Shown: positions 10,461-19,634 of the stretch, piece by piece
How positions within the stretch are numbered: position 1 is the first letter of the stretch
How the letters are laid out: the number at the start of each line of letters is the position of its first letter
Translations under genes and position numbers: made by a program
Assembly (NCBI GenBank): GCA_964655375.1
Contig: CAZZNB010000042.1
Span: forward strand, 8,564 to 72,563
Direction: 5' to 3'
Length of the DNA stretch: 64,000 nt
Origin: an uncultured Candidatus Saccharibacteria bacterium
Lineage (GTDB): Bacteria > Patescibacteriota > Minisyncoccia > UBA6257 > HR35
The notes under the pieces: model-generated
What the model was told of the DNA's origin: nothing
Databases searched by the model: none
The model's input: the letters and a program-made list of their open reading frames with translations, nothing else

Positions 10461-10784
10461 TCAAGTTGTACATTTTCTACATAGCTCTGTTGTAGGGTCA
10501 ATTTTTAATCGAGCCTCTTCAATATGATTATTACATTTTATGCATATTCCATAAGTGCCATTTTCTATTTTTTGCAACGCCCTCTTTATGTTCTCTAGTC
10601 TTCTTTCTAAAATTTCTTTTTTCGAATAAAAATCACTTTTCTCTTCATATTTTTCTGCAATATCAGATGTTTCAAATTCATCACTTTCTTTTACTTTTTC
10701 CAATTCAGAATTTATCTCATCTAGAAGCAATTCAACTTCTTCTTTTTCTTTTAACAATCTATTTTTGATTTCTTCTAAATCCAT
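10461..10784 (-). CDS. TraR/DksA C4-type zinc finger protein
   Basis: Coiled coil, GTYGICIKC...I...RL...P...LCRKC. Confidence 0.9.
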   Translation of the reverse strand: MDLEEIKNRLLKEKEEVELLLDEINSELEKVKESDEFETSDIAEKYEEKSDFYSKKEILERRLENIKRALQKIENGTYGICIKCNNHIEEARLKIDPTTELCRKCTT

Positions 10785-12148
10785 TATTTAAAATTTTTAA
10801 TAATATATTTAAATGCGTTTAAGCTCGTTGAAATTATTAAGTTATTATTATAAATTGTCCATATAAATTTATAATCATTATCGTAATAAGCTATTTTATA
10901 TTTAACACCTTCATACTCTTCTGTAATTGTATAAAGCCTAATTAATTTCCCCTTTGGTAATCCTAAATATAATTTTTTAAAATCATCTAACAAGCTTTCT
11001 TTATCCCACAACCTCATAAAAGGAACAACAACATTTTCATCTTTTATTGTAAATATTATAACAGGAAATTTGCGAGTATAAGTATAATACATTAAAATTA
11101 CATAAGAATCCCCTAAGCTATTTTTAAAAGCCTCTTGATATTTTTTTTCTATAAAAGATGGAGTTATGAAATAATCCTTAATAAAATCTGATAGCAAAAC
11201 TTGATTATTATAAAAAAAATTAATTTTATATAAACTACCTGCAGATTTTTGAATTTTTATTAAATCAAGCCATTTTAGTCTAAAATCATTTGTAGTAAGT
11301 TCATCTAAAGAAATATTAATCTCTGGTACTTTTAAATAAGGAAAAACAGTTTTTGTTCCTTGCTTTTCAATATCCTCTATTTTTATTTCTTTAATCTCTT
11401 CTGATTTAGGAGAAGGTGTTTCCAATTTTTCCTCTTCAGCTTTAGGGAGTTCTTTAATTTCAGTTTTGGTTGGAGCAGAAGAAGTTAGGGGTGTTAAAGT
11501 AGATATTGTAGATAAAGTAGGTGTTGTAGTTAATTGAGAAGTAGTTGATATAGTAGATTCAGTAGAAGTAGTAATTGTAGATTCAGTTAATTGCGTTAAT
11601 GAAGCTGTAGCCACTTCTTCAGTTTGAGTAGATATTATATCTGTAGGTGTAGTTTGTTGAAAAATGCTAGTAATTATTTTTTCTTCGGTTCCCCCTCTTT
11701 CTTCTTTTGGTGTCTCTTTTTTAAAAATATTATTAAAAACATCTATTTTATTAAGAGCATAAAATCCGCCATAAATAATAAAAGGAATTAATATCAAAAA
11801 AGCCAATAAAGTTAAAAGTTTTTTATTTATTTTGAAAGAAGGCTTTATTTGAATTTTAGGAATTTCTATATTAGGAATTTTAAGTTTTACACTCGGAGTT
11901 TTTTTTGTCTCTGATTTTATCAATTTTTCTTCAGTAGGTTCAGGAATTTCAATTGGTTCTATTTCTGGTAATTTCTCAGGAATAGGTTCTTTCTTTGTAA
12001 TCTTAAAGGTGGGTATTGTTTTTTCCGGAGGAATACTTTCAGCTTCAATTTTCTCTTTTTTTATAAGAATATCTTTAGATGTTTTTAACTCTTTTTCTTC
12101 TTCCTCTCCTCTCCCTTTTATTATTCTATATTTAATCTCATCTGGCAT
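10784..12148 (-). CDS. Hypothetical bitopic membrane protein with Thr/Ser-rich stalk
   Basis: Pro/Glu/Lys-rich N-terminus, one TM helix, TESTITTS-type low-complexity region, globular C-terminus. Confidence 0.7.
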   Translation of the reverse strand: MPDEIKYRIIKGRGEEEEKELKTSKDILIKKEKIEAESIPPEKTIPTFKITKKEPIPEKLPEIEPIEIPEPTEEKLIKSETKKTPSVKLKIPNIEIPKIQIKPSFKINKKLLTLLAFLILIPFIIYGGFYALNKIDVFNNIFKKETPKEERGGTEEKIITSIFQQTTPTDIISTQTEEVATASLTQLTESTITTSTESTISTTSQLTTTPTLSTISTLTPLTSSAPTKTEIKELPKAEEEKLETPSPKSEEIKEIKIEDIEKQGTKTVFPYLKVPEINISLDELTTNDFRLKWLDLIKIQKSAGSLYKINFFYNNQVLLSDFIKDYFITPSFIEKKYQEAFKNSLGDSYVILMYYTYTRKFPVIIFTIKDENVVVPFMRLWDKESLLDDFKKLYLGLPKGKLIRLYTITEEYEGVKYKIAYYDNDYKFIWTIYNNNLIISTSLNAFKYIIKNFK

Positions 12149-14207
12149 CTTTTAAAGATACATAAATTTTCCCATCTTCAGAAATATTTTTTATCCTTAC
12201 TTTTAGTTTTTCTCCTAATTTTATTTCTTTTTCAATGTTATCTATTCTTTTATTTGCAATTTCAGAAATATGTAATAAAGCAGTACGATTACCTCCTAAA
12301 TTTAATATAGCACCAAATGGCATAATTTTTATAACTTCCCCCTCTATTAACTCGCCTATTTCATAGGAATTAGTATAGGACTTTATTAACTTTTCAGTTT
12401 CTTTAAGTAATTCTTCATTTTCTGCAGAAATATAAACAGTTCCATCTGGTTTTATATCTATTTTTGCATTTGTAATTGCTATTATTTCATGAATGTTTCT
12501 GCCACCAGGACCTATTAGTAATCCAATCTTTGAAGGATCTATTTTAAGCAATGAGACATAAGGCACTCCCTCTTTCAATATTTTTCTTGGCTCGTTTATT
12601 TTTTCATACATCATATCTAAAATTTTATTTATAGCATCTATTGCTCTTTTTAATGATTCCTCTATAATTTTAGGTGTTAAGCCATCTATTTTTACATCAA
12701 GCTGAATAGCGGTAATTCCATCTTTTGTGCTAGCAATTTTAAAATCCATTCCCCCAAAGAAATCTTCAGGCCCTTGGATATCAGTTAGTAATTCATAATT
12801 TTCTTCATCTTGATATACAATTCCTATGCTTATTCCTGCAGCATGTTTTTTAATAGGAACACCTGCATCAAAAAGAGCTAAAGAAGAAGCACAAACACTT
12901 CCCATAGAGGTAGAACCATTTGAAGATAAAACATCAGATACTACTCGGATGGTGTAAGGAAATTTTTCTTCAGAAGGAACTAAATTCTTTAAAGCTTTTT
13001 CAACTAAATTTCCATGTCCAATTTCTCTTCTTGATGGGGCCCTAGGTGAACCTGTTTCTCCTACTGAATATGGAGGGAAATTATAATGGTGCATAAACCT
13101 TTTAAAGCCTTCAAATTCAATTTCTCTAACCCATAATTCTTCTCCTAATGATGCCAAAGTTACTGTAGAAAGAATATGTGTTAGTCCTCTTTTAAATAAT
13201 GCAGATCCATGAGTCTTAGGCAAAACACCTACTTCAATCTCTATTTTTCTTATTTCATCTAACTTCCTTCCATCTGGTCTAATTTTATTTTCTAAAACTC
13301 TCCTTTTAAAAATATCTTCTATTTTTAATAAAATCCCCTTATAAACTAAATCAAAATTATCTATAAATTCCCTTTCTTCATTTAATATATCAAAAATTTG
13401 ATATAGCTCAGGTCTTTCTTGAAAATTAAATAATGCTTTTTCTATATCTAAGTTATGCTTTTTTAAAAATTCCTCCCCATACTTTATGAAATTTTTAGTG
13501 TCAATTGTAATAGGCACAAATTTATTGATGTTTTCTTTAATGACATCCTCTAAAAAACTTATAACTTTATTTATCTCTTTTATTCCTATTTCACAAGCTT
13601 TAACAATATCTTCTTTCTTAACTTCTTGCCCCTCTAATTCAATCATATTAATCTTATTTTTAATTCCTCCTAAAAATATAGTAAAATCTGCACCAGATCT
13701 TTCAAGTTCTGTCGGATAAAAAATAAAATTATTGTTTTTTTTACATATTTTAACTGCTCCTACAGGCCCCTTCCATTCAAATCCTAAAAGTCCAACTGCC
13801 AAAGATGAACCCAAAAATGCCAATATGTCTGGATCAATTTCAGGGTCTAAAGAAAAAATAGTATTTGTAATTTGGAGTTCATAATTAAAATTTTTCAAAG
13901 TAGGTCTTATAGATCTATCAATTAATCTTGCATTTAAAATAGCTGTTTCAGACGGCCTACCTTCTCTTCTAATGAATCTACTTCCGTAAATTTTTCCAGC
14001 AGCATAATATTTTTCTTCATAGTCTACAGTTAAAGGAGTAAAATCAATACCCTCTTTTTTATCACCCAAAACAACTGTTGTTAAAACTAATGTCCCTTTA
14101 CATTTTGATAACAAAGAGACATTAGCCCTTTGTGCCCAATCATTTATTTCAAATTCAATCTCAAAACCATTTTCTGGATTTAATGTTATTTTATACTTCT
14201 TTTTCAT
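12138..14207 (-). CDS. pnp: Polyribonucleotide nucleotidyltransferase
   Basis: RLIDRSIRP, HHYNFPPYSVGE, RREIGHG, SNGSTSMGS, KH and S1 domains. Confidence 0.97.
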   Translation of the reverse strand: MKKKYKITLNPENGFEIEFEINDWAQRANVSLLSKCKGTLVLTTVVLGDKKEGIDFTPLTVDYEEKYYAAGKIYGSRFIRREGRPSETAILNARLIDRSIRPTLKNFNYELQITNTIFSLDPEIDPDILAFLGSSLAVGLLGFEWKGPVGAVKICKKNNNFIFYPTELERSGADFTIFLGGIKNKINMIELEGQEVKKEDIVKACEIGIKEINKVISFLEDVIKENINKFVPITIDTKNFIKYGEEFLKKHNLDIEKALFNFQERPELYQIFDILNEEREFIDNFDLVYKGILLKIEDIFKRRVLENKIRPDGRKLDEIRKIEIEVGVLPKTHGSALFKRGLTHILSTVTLASLGEELWVREIEFEGFKRFMHHYNFPPYSVGETGSPRAPSRREIGHGNLVEKALKNLVPSEEKFPYTIRVVSDVLSSNGSTSMGSVCASSLALFDAGVPIKKHAAGISIGIVYQDEENYELLTDIQGPEDFFGGMDFKIASTKDGITAIQLDVKIDGLTPKIIEESLKRAIDAINKILDMMYEKINEPRKILKEGVPYVSLLKIDPSKIGLLIGPGGRNIHEIIAITNAKIDIKPDGTVYISAENEELLKETEKLIKSYTNSYEIGELIEGEVIKIMPFGAILNLGGNRTALLHISEIANKRIDNIEKEIKLGEKLKVRIKNISEDGKIYVSLKDAR

Positions 14208-14713
14208 TTTCTTATTAAAATGTAATCTTTTAATTCATCTAGATCATAAAAAAAATCTGCTAACTCTTTTAATTTTACAGAAGTATTTCTTCCAAATCCA
14301 GCTATTTCTACAATATTACCTTGATTTTTTAAATATTCTACTAAAGGTGCAAAATCTCCATCACCAGATACTATTATTATTACATCTAAAAACTTAGAAA
14401 GTCTAATTGTATCTACTGCTATACCTACATCCCAATCTGCCTTTTTTTCGCCACTTGGTAAATAAATTATATCTTTGATCCTTAATTCTATTCCTTTTAA
14501 AATTAAAGCTTCAAAAAACGAAATCTCTTTAGGACTAAGATCGGATTTTATAACATAAGCGATGCTTCTTATAAGATTCCTTCCTTGGTTTAAAATTTCA
14601 ACTAATTTCCCAAAATCTACATTTTTCCCGTAAAAATTTTTTGCAGAATGATAAATATTCTGGGTATCAATGAAAATACCTACTCTTTGTGAAGAAGAAG
14701 CAAATGGATTCAT
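14204..14713 (-). CDS. NYN domain (LabA/DUF88, PIN-like) protein
   Basis: [29 protein letters not shown]. Confidence 0.9.
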   Translation of the reverse strand: MNPFASSSQRVGIFIDTQNIYHSAKNFYGKNVDFGKLVEILNQGRNLIRSIAYVIKSDLSPKEISFFEALILKGIELRIKDIIYLPSGEKKADWDVGIAVDTIRLSKFLDVIIIVSGDGDFAPLVEYLKNQGNIVEIAGFGRNTSVKLKELADFFYDLDELKDYILIRK

Positions 14714-14967
14714 AACTTCAATAATTCTTTAAGTTTTTTATATCTAGTAACAGATTTTCTTTCTAAATACTTCAACAATTTTCTTCTTTGTGCTATTTTT
14801 AATATGAGCCCTCTTTTAGAATTATAATCCTTTGGATGTTTTTGTAAATGCTTAGTCAAATTAATAATTTCTTCAGTCAAAATAGCAATTTGAACCTCGC
14901 AAGATCCTGTGTCTTTTTCATGTTTCCCAAATTTTTTTATTATTTCTTGAACTTTACTATTTGCCAT
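14710..14967 (-). CDS. rpsO: 30S ribosomal protein uS15
   Basis: [25 protein letters not shown]. Confidence 0.96.
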   Translation of the reverse strand: MANSKVQEIIKKFGKHEKDTGSCEVQIAILTEEIINLTKHLQKHPKDYNSKRGLILKIAQRRKLLKYLERKSVTRYKKLKELLKL

Positions 14968-14990
14968 TAAATAATTTTAAAATATTAAAT

Positions 14991-15893
14991 ATGAAAAAGC
15001 AAGAAGGGGAAAATTACCTTAAATCTTTGATTTTTCAATTTGTAAAATATTTAGAAATAGTTAAAGGAAGATCGGAAAGCACAAGAAAGATCTATGTTAA
15101 TAGACTGCTGAAATTTTTTGAATGGTTTGATAAGAATCAATATAAAAAGATTAATAAAGATGTAATTTGGCAATTTAGGATATATTTATCAGAACAAAAA
15201 TTGAGCAAAAGAACTCAAGTACATTATTTAATAGTTCTTAGGAATTTTTTAAAATTTTTAAAAAAAGAATTAAACTTAGATGTGATAGATTTTACTCAAG
15301 TAGAGTTACCTAAATTACCAGAAAGAGAAATTAAGATTTTAAATGAATCAGAATTAGAAAAATTATTAAATGCTCCTAAGGGGAATGACCTTAAATCATT
15401 AAGAGATAAAGCTATATTAGAAGTTTTATTTAGTACAGGATTGAGGGTTTCTGAACTATGTTCTTTAAATAGAGATATAGATATAGAAAAAGGGGAAATT
15501 ATCATAAGGGGTAAAGGAAATAAAATAAGAACTGTCTTTTTATCTGAAAGAGCCAAAAAAGCAATTAAAGACTATCTGGAAAATAGAAATGATAACCATC
15601 CAGCATTATTTATTTCTTTAGCTCGAAATACAGAACCTAGAAGATTGTCTGTAAGAGCTATTCAAAAAATTATCAAATCTTACGCTACCAAAGTAGGAAT
15701 TATTAAAAATGTTCATCCACATGTTTTAAGACATCAATTAGCTACCTTTTTGATTTCAGCAGGAGTTAATCTAAGAGCTGTTCAAGAAATCTTAGGCCAT
15801 AAAAATATCTCTACAACACAACTTTATACTCATATTTCTAAGCCTGAATTGAAAGAAATTTATGAAAAAATTATTAATAAAAAATTAAGATAA
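14991..15893 (+). CDS. XerC/XerD-like tyrosine recombinase
   Basis: TGLRVSEL, GKGNKIR, HPHVLRH, LGHKNISTTQLYTH; start at MKKQ. Confidence 0.93.
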   Translation: MKKQEGENYLKSLIFQFVKYLEIVKGRSESTRKIYVNRLLKFFEWFDKNQYKKINKDVIWQFRIYLSEQKLSKRTQVHYLIVLRNFLKFLKKELNLDVIDFTQVELPKLPEREIKILNESELEKLLNAPKGNDLKSLRDKAILEVLFSTGLRVSELCSLNRDIDIEKGEIIIRGKGNKIRTVFLSERAKKAIKDYLENRNDNHPALFISLARNTEPRRLSVRAIQKIIKSYATKVGIIKNVHPHVLRHQLATFLISAGVNLRAVQEILGHKNISTTQLYTHISKPELKEIYEKIINKKLR

Positions 15894-15895
15894 TA

Positions 15896-15923
15896 TTGAC
15901 TTTTAAAGATAATTCTTTATAAT
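15896..15923 (+). promoter_or_regulatory. Sigma70 promoter of rplJL
   Basis: TTGACT 15896-15901, 16 bp, TATAAT 15918-15923. Confidence 0.6.
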
Positions 15924-15933
15924 ATTTTAATTT

Positions 15934-15981
15934 GGTCGAAGAAATGAGGCAGGCTTAAAAGCCGTAAGGCCTCATGAGATC
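15934..15981 (+). promoter_or_regulatory. L10 leader (ribosomal protein autoregulatory RNA)
   Basis: GGUC-GAAGA-AUGAGG...CCUCAU-GA-GAUC kink-turn-like fold directly upstream of rplJ. Confidence 0.7.
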
Positions 15982-15984
15982 AAA

Positions 15985-16494
15985 ATGAAGACAAGGGAAG
16001 AAAAACAAAAAATTATAGAAGAATTAAAACATTTTTTTGAAAGATCGAAGAAGATTTTTTTTATTTGCTTATCTAATATAAATTTTGAAATCCAAAGTTC
16101 TTTAAGAGATCAAATTAAAAAAGCTGGAGGTATTTTTAGAGTGGTCAAAAAAACTTTATTAAAATTAGCTAATAAAAATTTAGATTTAGAAGGAGATGAA
16201 TTTAAAGTACCCCTAGGAATAATTTTTGATTTCAATGATTTAAACAATATTGAAATATTTAAAATTCTTACAGAATTTAATAAAACAAAAAATTTAGTAT
16301 TAGTACAAGCTTTAGTAGGTAATAAAATATTAAGACCAGAAGAAATAATTAAAATAGGCAATTTGCCACCTAAAGAAGTATTAATTCAAAAATATAATAT
16401 AATTTTGAAATCTTTATTAAGAAAATTAGTTCTAACTTTAAAAAATCCTATAATAAAATTAAATCTGGTCGTAAATAATGTTAAAAAGAAATAA
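15985..16494 (+). CDS. rplJ: 50S ribosomal protein uL10
   Basis: KTREEKQKII, LR...G.FRVVKKTL, LPPKEVL; precedes rplL. Confidence 0.9.
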   Translation: MKTREEKQKIIEELKHFFERSKKIFFICLSNINFEIQSSLRDQIKKAGGIFRVVKKTLLKLANKNLDLEGDEFKVPLGIIFDFNDLNNIEIFKILTEFNKTKNLVLVQALVGNKILRPEEIIKIGNLPPKEVLIQKYNIILKSLLRKLVLTLKNPIIKLNLVVNNVKKK

Positions 16495-16868
16495 TGGATG
16501 AAAAAGTTAGGAAAATAGTTGAAGAAATAGAAAGCTTAACAGTTATTGAGCTAAATGAATTGATAAAGATGTTAGAAGAAAAATTTGGGCCAGCAAACAT
16601 ACCAGTTCAAGCAACAATTCCACAAGCATCTCCTGAAGCTCCTTCAGCTGGTCCATCAAAAGTTAATATTATTTTAGTTGATGCTGGAGCGAATAAGATC
16701 CAAGTAATAAAGGCTTTAAGAGAAATAAATCCAAATCTTGGGCTTAAAGAAGCAAAGGATATTGTTGATAATCCTCCTCAAACGATTAAAGAAAATGTTG
16801 ATGTTGAAGAAGCAAATAAAATAAAAGAAAAAATAGAAAGTGCAGGTGGCAAAGTTGAATTTAAATAA
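16494..16868 (+). CDS. rplL: 50S ribosomal protein bL12
   Basis: LTVIELNEL..LEEKFG, KIQVIKALRE, LGLKEAK, AGGKVE. Confidence 0.96.
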   Translation: MDEKVRKIVEEIESLTVIELNELIKMLEEKFGPANIPVQATIPQASPEAPSAGPSKVNIILVDAGANKIQVIKALREINPNLGLKEAKDIVDNPPQTIKENVDVEEANKIKEKIESAGGKVEFK

Positions 16869-16916
16869 AATATTTTTTAAAATCTTAAAAGGTCGTGATT
16901 AAAATTAATTTTCAAA

Positions 16917-17171
16917 ATGGAAAATAAAAATTTAGTTACAATAGTCGTTGTATTAGTAGTTCTTGTCGTTTTAGGTTTATTAGCTTGGTGGTATTTGCAA
17001 CAAAGAGCTCAAGTAGCTCCTACACCAACATCTATTCCAACAGAAGTTCCTCAGCCACCAGTTCCTCCAGCTCCAGAAATGGTTCCACCTGCTCCCGAAG
17101 GGACTGTAAGTCCTGAAGTTCCTGCACCAGAAGGAGTTCCTACACCAGAAGCACCAGTTCCAGAGCCATAA
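16917..17171 (+). CDS. Small single-TM protein with Pro-rich tail
   Basis: Hydrophobic helix followed by PAPE/PTPE repeats; GGTCG box upstream, terminator downstream. Confidence 0.8.
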   Translation: MENKNLVTIVVVLVVLVVLGLLAWWYLQQRAQVAPTPTSIPTEVPQPPVPPAPEMVPPAPEGTVSPEVPAPEGVPTPEAPVPEP

Positions 17172-17197
17172 AAAAGAACTTTAAGATATTTAATTTA

Positions 17198-17227
17198 AAA
17201 AGAGGGAGCATTTATGCTCCCTCTTTT
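17198..17227. terminator. Bidirectional intrinsic terminator
   Basis: AAAAGAGGGAGCA-TTTA-TGCTCCCTCTTTT between convergent units. Confidence 0.85.
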
Positions 17228-17232
17228 ATTTG

Positions 17233-17304
17233 TGGCCCCGACGGGAGTCGAACCCGTATTTCCGCCTTGAAAGAGCGGTGTCCTAGCCCTTAGACGACGG
17301 GGCC
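17233..17304 (-). tRNA. tRNA-Glu(UUC), CCA not encoded
   Basis: GGCCCCG acceptor, CCGCT-CTTTCAA-GGCGG anticodon arm, GGTTCGACT. Confidence 0.96.
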
Positions 17305-17314
17305 TATAATAAAT

Positions 17315-17386
17315 AGGCACGGGTGGGATTCGAACCCACGTTGAACGGTTTTGCAGACCGTCCCCTAACCACTCGGGCACCGTGCC
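17315..17386 (-). tRNA. tRNA-Cys(GCA), CCA not encoded
   Basis: GGCACGG acceptor, ACGGT-CTGCAAA-ACCGT anticodon arm, U73 discriminator. Confidence 0.96.
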
Positions 17387-17430
17387 GATTAATTTAAATT
17401 ATAATAAATTTTTTAAAAAATTACAATAAA

Positions 17431-19305
17431 TTATTCACAAGAATTACTTTGAGAAAATTCAGCGTAAGAAATTCGATTAGTGTGTATTGAAGCTAAAGAA
17501 ATAGCAAAATATAAACTAGAAACATCTTCAACTGTTAAGGGTAAATCAGTAGATAGAAAAACTCCTAGATAAGAAATAGTTAAATTAATATTATTCATAA
17601 TAACCGAAGTTGTGTTAAAGTTAATGTTACCAGAAGAATTTGTTTTTACTAACCATATATCATCAGAACCAGCCCCAATAGAAGCAGTATATCCTGAAAG
17701 CAAAATTCCTCCATCTGAACCTATAATAGCTCCTCTAGCATAATCTGCTCCACTCCCTCCATATATTTTTTGGAAAATTATAGAAAAATTATCAAAATTT
17801 TTGGCAACTTTTGTTAGTAAATAATCGTGCGACAAAGCAGGAGACGAATTAGTATGCCCTACAATTAAATACCCATCATCTATATTAAGAATTTTTCTTA
17901 TATCTTCAGTAGCAGAAGCACTTAAAACTTTATTAGAAATTATATTACCTTGATTATCAATCTTTAATAATAAAATATCCTGTGTGCCATTTACTCCTGT
18001 AGTTCTAGCTCCAATAATGAAATTGCTTCCATCTATGTCTAAAGTTACTCCAATATTATTTCCATTTGATGAATAATATTTACTTAAAAGTACTTCGCCA
18101 TTTTTATTAATTTTAGAAAACCAAATCATCGAATTATTATATACACCAACTATAGCAATATTACCATCTGGTAATAGTTTCATTTCGTAAATTTCTAATG
18201 GGCCAGTAGAAGTTCCATATAATTTTTGCCATAAAGGCTCTCCAGTATTTTTGTTTACTTTTACAATATAAGCTTTGCCAATTTCAGAAATATACCCACC
18301 CAAAATATAGCCATCATCTACCTCAACTGCAGTTCTAAAATAATCAGTTGTAGAAGTACCATAAAACTTTAACCAATTAAGATTTAAAGAGCTACTTAAC
18401 TTGGCTGCAACTGCATCATTTGTTCCACTATAGCTTTTACTCCATCCCATTAATAAATATCCTCCGTCAGATGTTTGAATTATATTGTAGAAATAATCAT
18501 GATTATCACCTCCAAAATTATTTTGAGCAATGATATAACCTTGATTATCTAATTTTAGTACCCAAAAGTCAAAATCACTTCCAGATGAATATCTTCCATA
18601 TCCAGCAACTACATAATTATTATTAGAATCTTTGATAACATGCATAGCTTGTTGTTTATCAACTGTTCCAAAAGTTTTTGCAAAACAGGAAGGAGTTATA
18701 ATTCCTGATCTAGAATTTAAGAAAGAAATAGGAGAAATATTAGAATTTCCTGTTTCATAAACATAATCTGATTTCCCTTTATCATTACTGGAAATACTAT
18801 TAGGCCCTTTATTAGTCTCACTTTCTAAATAAGCTGTAAATTCAAAGTTTGTTCCATCTGTAATAAAAGAGTAAAAATAAGGTGGGGAATTTTGTGGATC
18901 TACTAGAAGCTTTGTTAGATTCACTAAGGTAGAATTTATTAAATCTACAGGAAGCCACCCATTAATAATATCTTCTGGATCATTAGAACATCTGTATTCA
19001 TAGCCAGAAGGAGGGGGTGATAATAATCCAGAATTTATGTAAGTGCTACAAGTAGGAGAGTTATCTTTTAATGATAAAAATATAATATTATTTGTAGAAG
19101 TAGTAAGGGTTAAAATTCCTTTATTTTCAGCAATAATCAATTCTAGAGCTTTTTTTAGATTTTCTAAGTCTCCAATTCTTTTTGTATCTCTTGTTTTTCG
19201 AAAAAACTCTAGGGGTTTTATAGCCCAAATAGAAATAGCAAAAAGAATTGCAAGAATACTTAAAACCATTATGAGCTCAATTAGAGTGAAACTTAACTTT
19301 CTCAT
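17431..19305 (-). CDS. Type IV pilin-like protein fused to a beta-propeller repeat domain (putative adhesin)
   Basis: MRKLS/FTLIEL; pilin body resembling 2580-3215 (GWLPV, DP.NS, NFE..A.LE, ND.G...YE.G); repeated K.YG/FGG and D.W..K.D..G units. Confidence 0.8.
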   Translation of the reverse strand: MRKLSFTLIELIMVLSILAILFAISIWAIKPLEFFRKTRDTKRIGDLENLKKALELIIAENKGILTLTTSTNNIIFLSLKDNSPTCSTYINSGLLSPPPSGYEYRCSNDPEDIINGWLPVDLINSTLVNLTKLLVDPQNSPPYFYSFITDGTNFEFTAYLESETNKGPNSISSNDKGKSDYVYETGNSNISPISFLNSRSGIITPSCFAKTFGTVDKQQAMHVIKDSNNNYVVAGYGRYSSGSDFDFWVLKLDNQGYIIAQNNFGGDNHDYFYNIIQTSDGGYLLMGWSKSYSGTNDAVAAKLSSSLNLNWLKFYGTSTTDYFRTAVEVDDGYILGGYISEIGKAYIVKVNKNTGEPLWQKLYGTSTGPLEIYEMKLLPDGNIAIVGVYNNSMIWFSKINKNGEVLLSKYYSSNGNNIGVTLDIDGSNFIIGARTTGVNGTQDILLLKIDNQGNIISNKVLSASATEDIRKILNIDDGYLIVGHTNSSPALSHDYLLTKVAKNFDNFSIIFQKIYGGSGADYARGAIIGSDGGILLSGYTASIGAGSDDIWLVKTNSSGNINFNTTSVIMNNINLTISYLGVFLSTDLPLTVEDVSSLYFAISLASIHTNRISYAEFSQSNSCE

Positions 19306-19634
19306 TTTTCTTTGTTTAATTCTTGTAAAATTTTATCAATTTCTTGAGCTTCTTTCAAATCTTTAGAGTATCGAAATATAATTTTTCTAGGTAAATATCT
19401 TAAATAAATGCTTTTTTTAAGCTCATTTTTGATTTTGATAGAATCTTTATTTAACTCAGAAACTACTTTTTTTGCTTTTTCATCAGGGAAAATGCTGATT
19501 TTAACTTTCATAACCCCTCCTTTTTGAGGCAAACTAACATCTAAAATTGTAAAAATTATTTTTGGGTCAATTCTATCTTTTAAAATTTTTGATAAAGTTT
19601 CAATAATTAAAAATCTCTTTCTTTCTGATCTCAT
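19302..19634 (-). CDS. rbfA: Ribosome-binding factor A (divergent)
   Basis: TILDV...KVKISIFP, LRYLPRKIIF; directly downstream of infB. Confidence 0.75.
   Translation of the reverse strand: MRSERKRFLIIETLSKILKDRIDPKIIFTILDVSLPQKGGVMKVKISIFPDEKAKKVVSELNKDSIKIKNELKKSIYLRYLPRKIIFRYSKDLKEAQEIDKILQELNKEK

Noticed and set aside
14991-15893. Tyrosine recombinase as a prophage or island integrase
   Set aside because: Xer-like size and motifs, flanked by rpsO and rplJ, with no att repeats or cargo seen.
15934-15938. GGTCG upstream of rplJ
   Set aside because: It is 46 nt from the start and forms the closing stem of the L10 leader, so it was excluded from the motif set as ambiguous.
17195-17380. 61-aa minus-strand ORF
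   Set aside because: It overlaps tRNA-Cys and tRNA-Glu.
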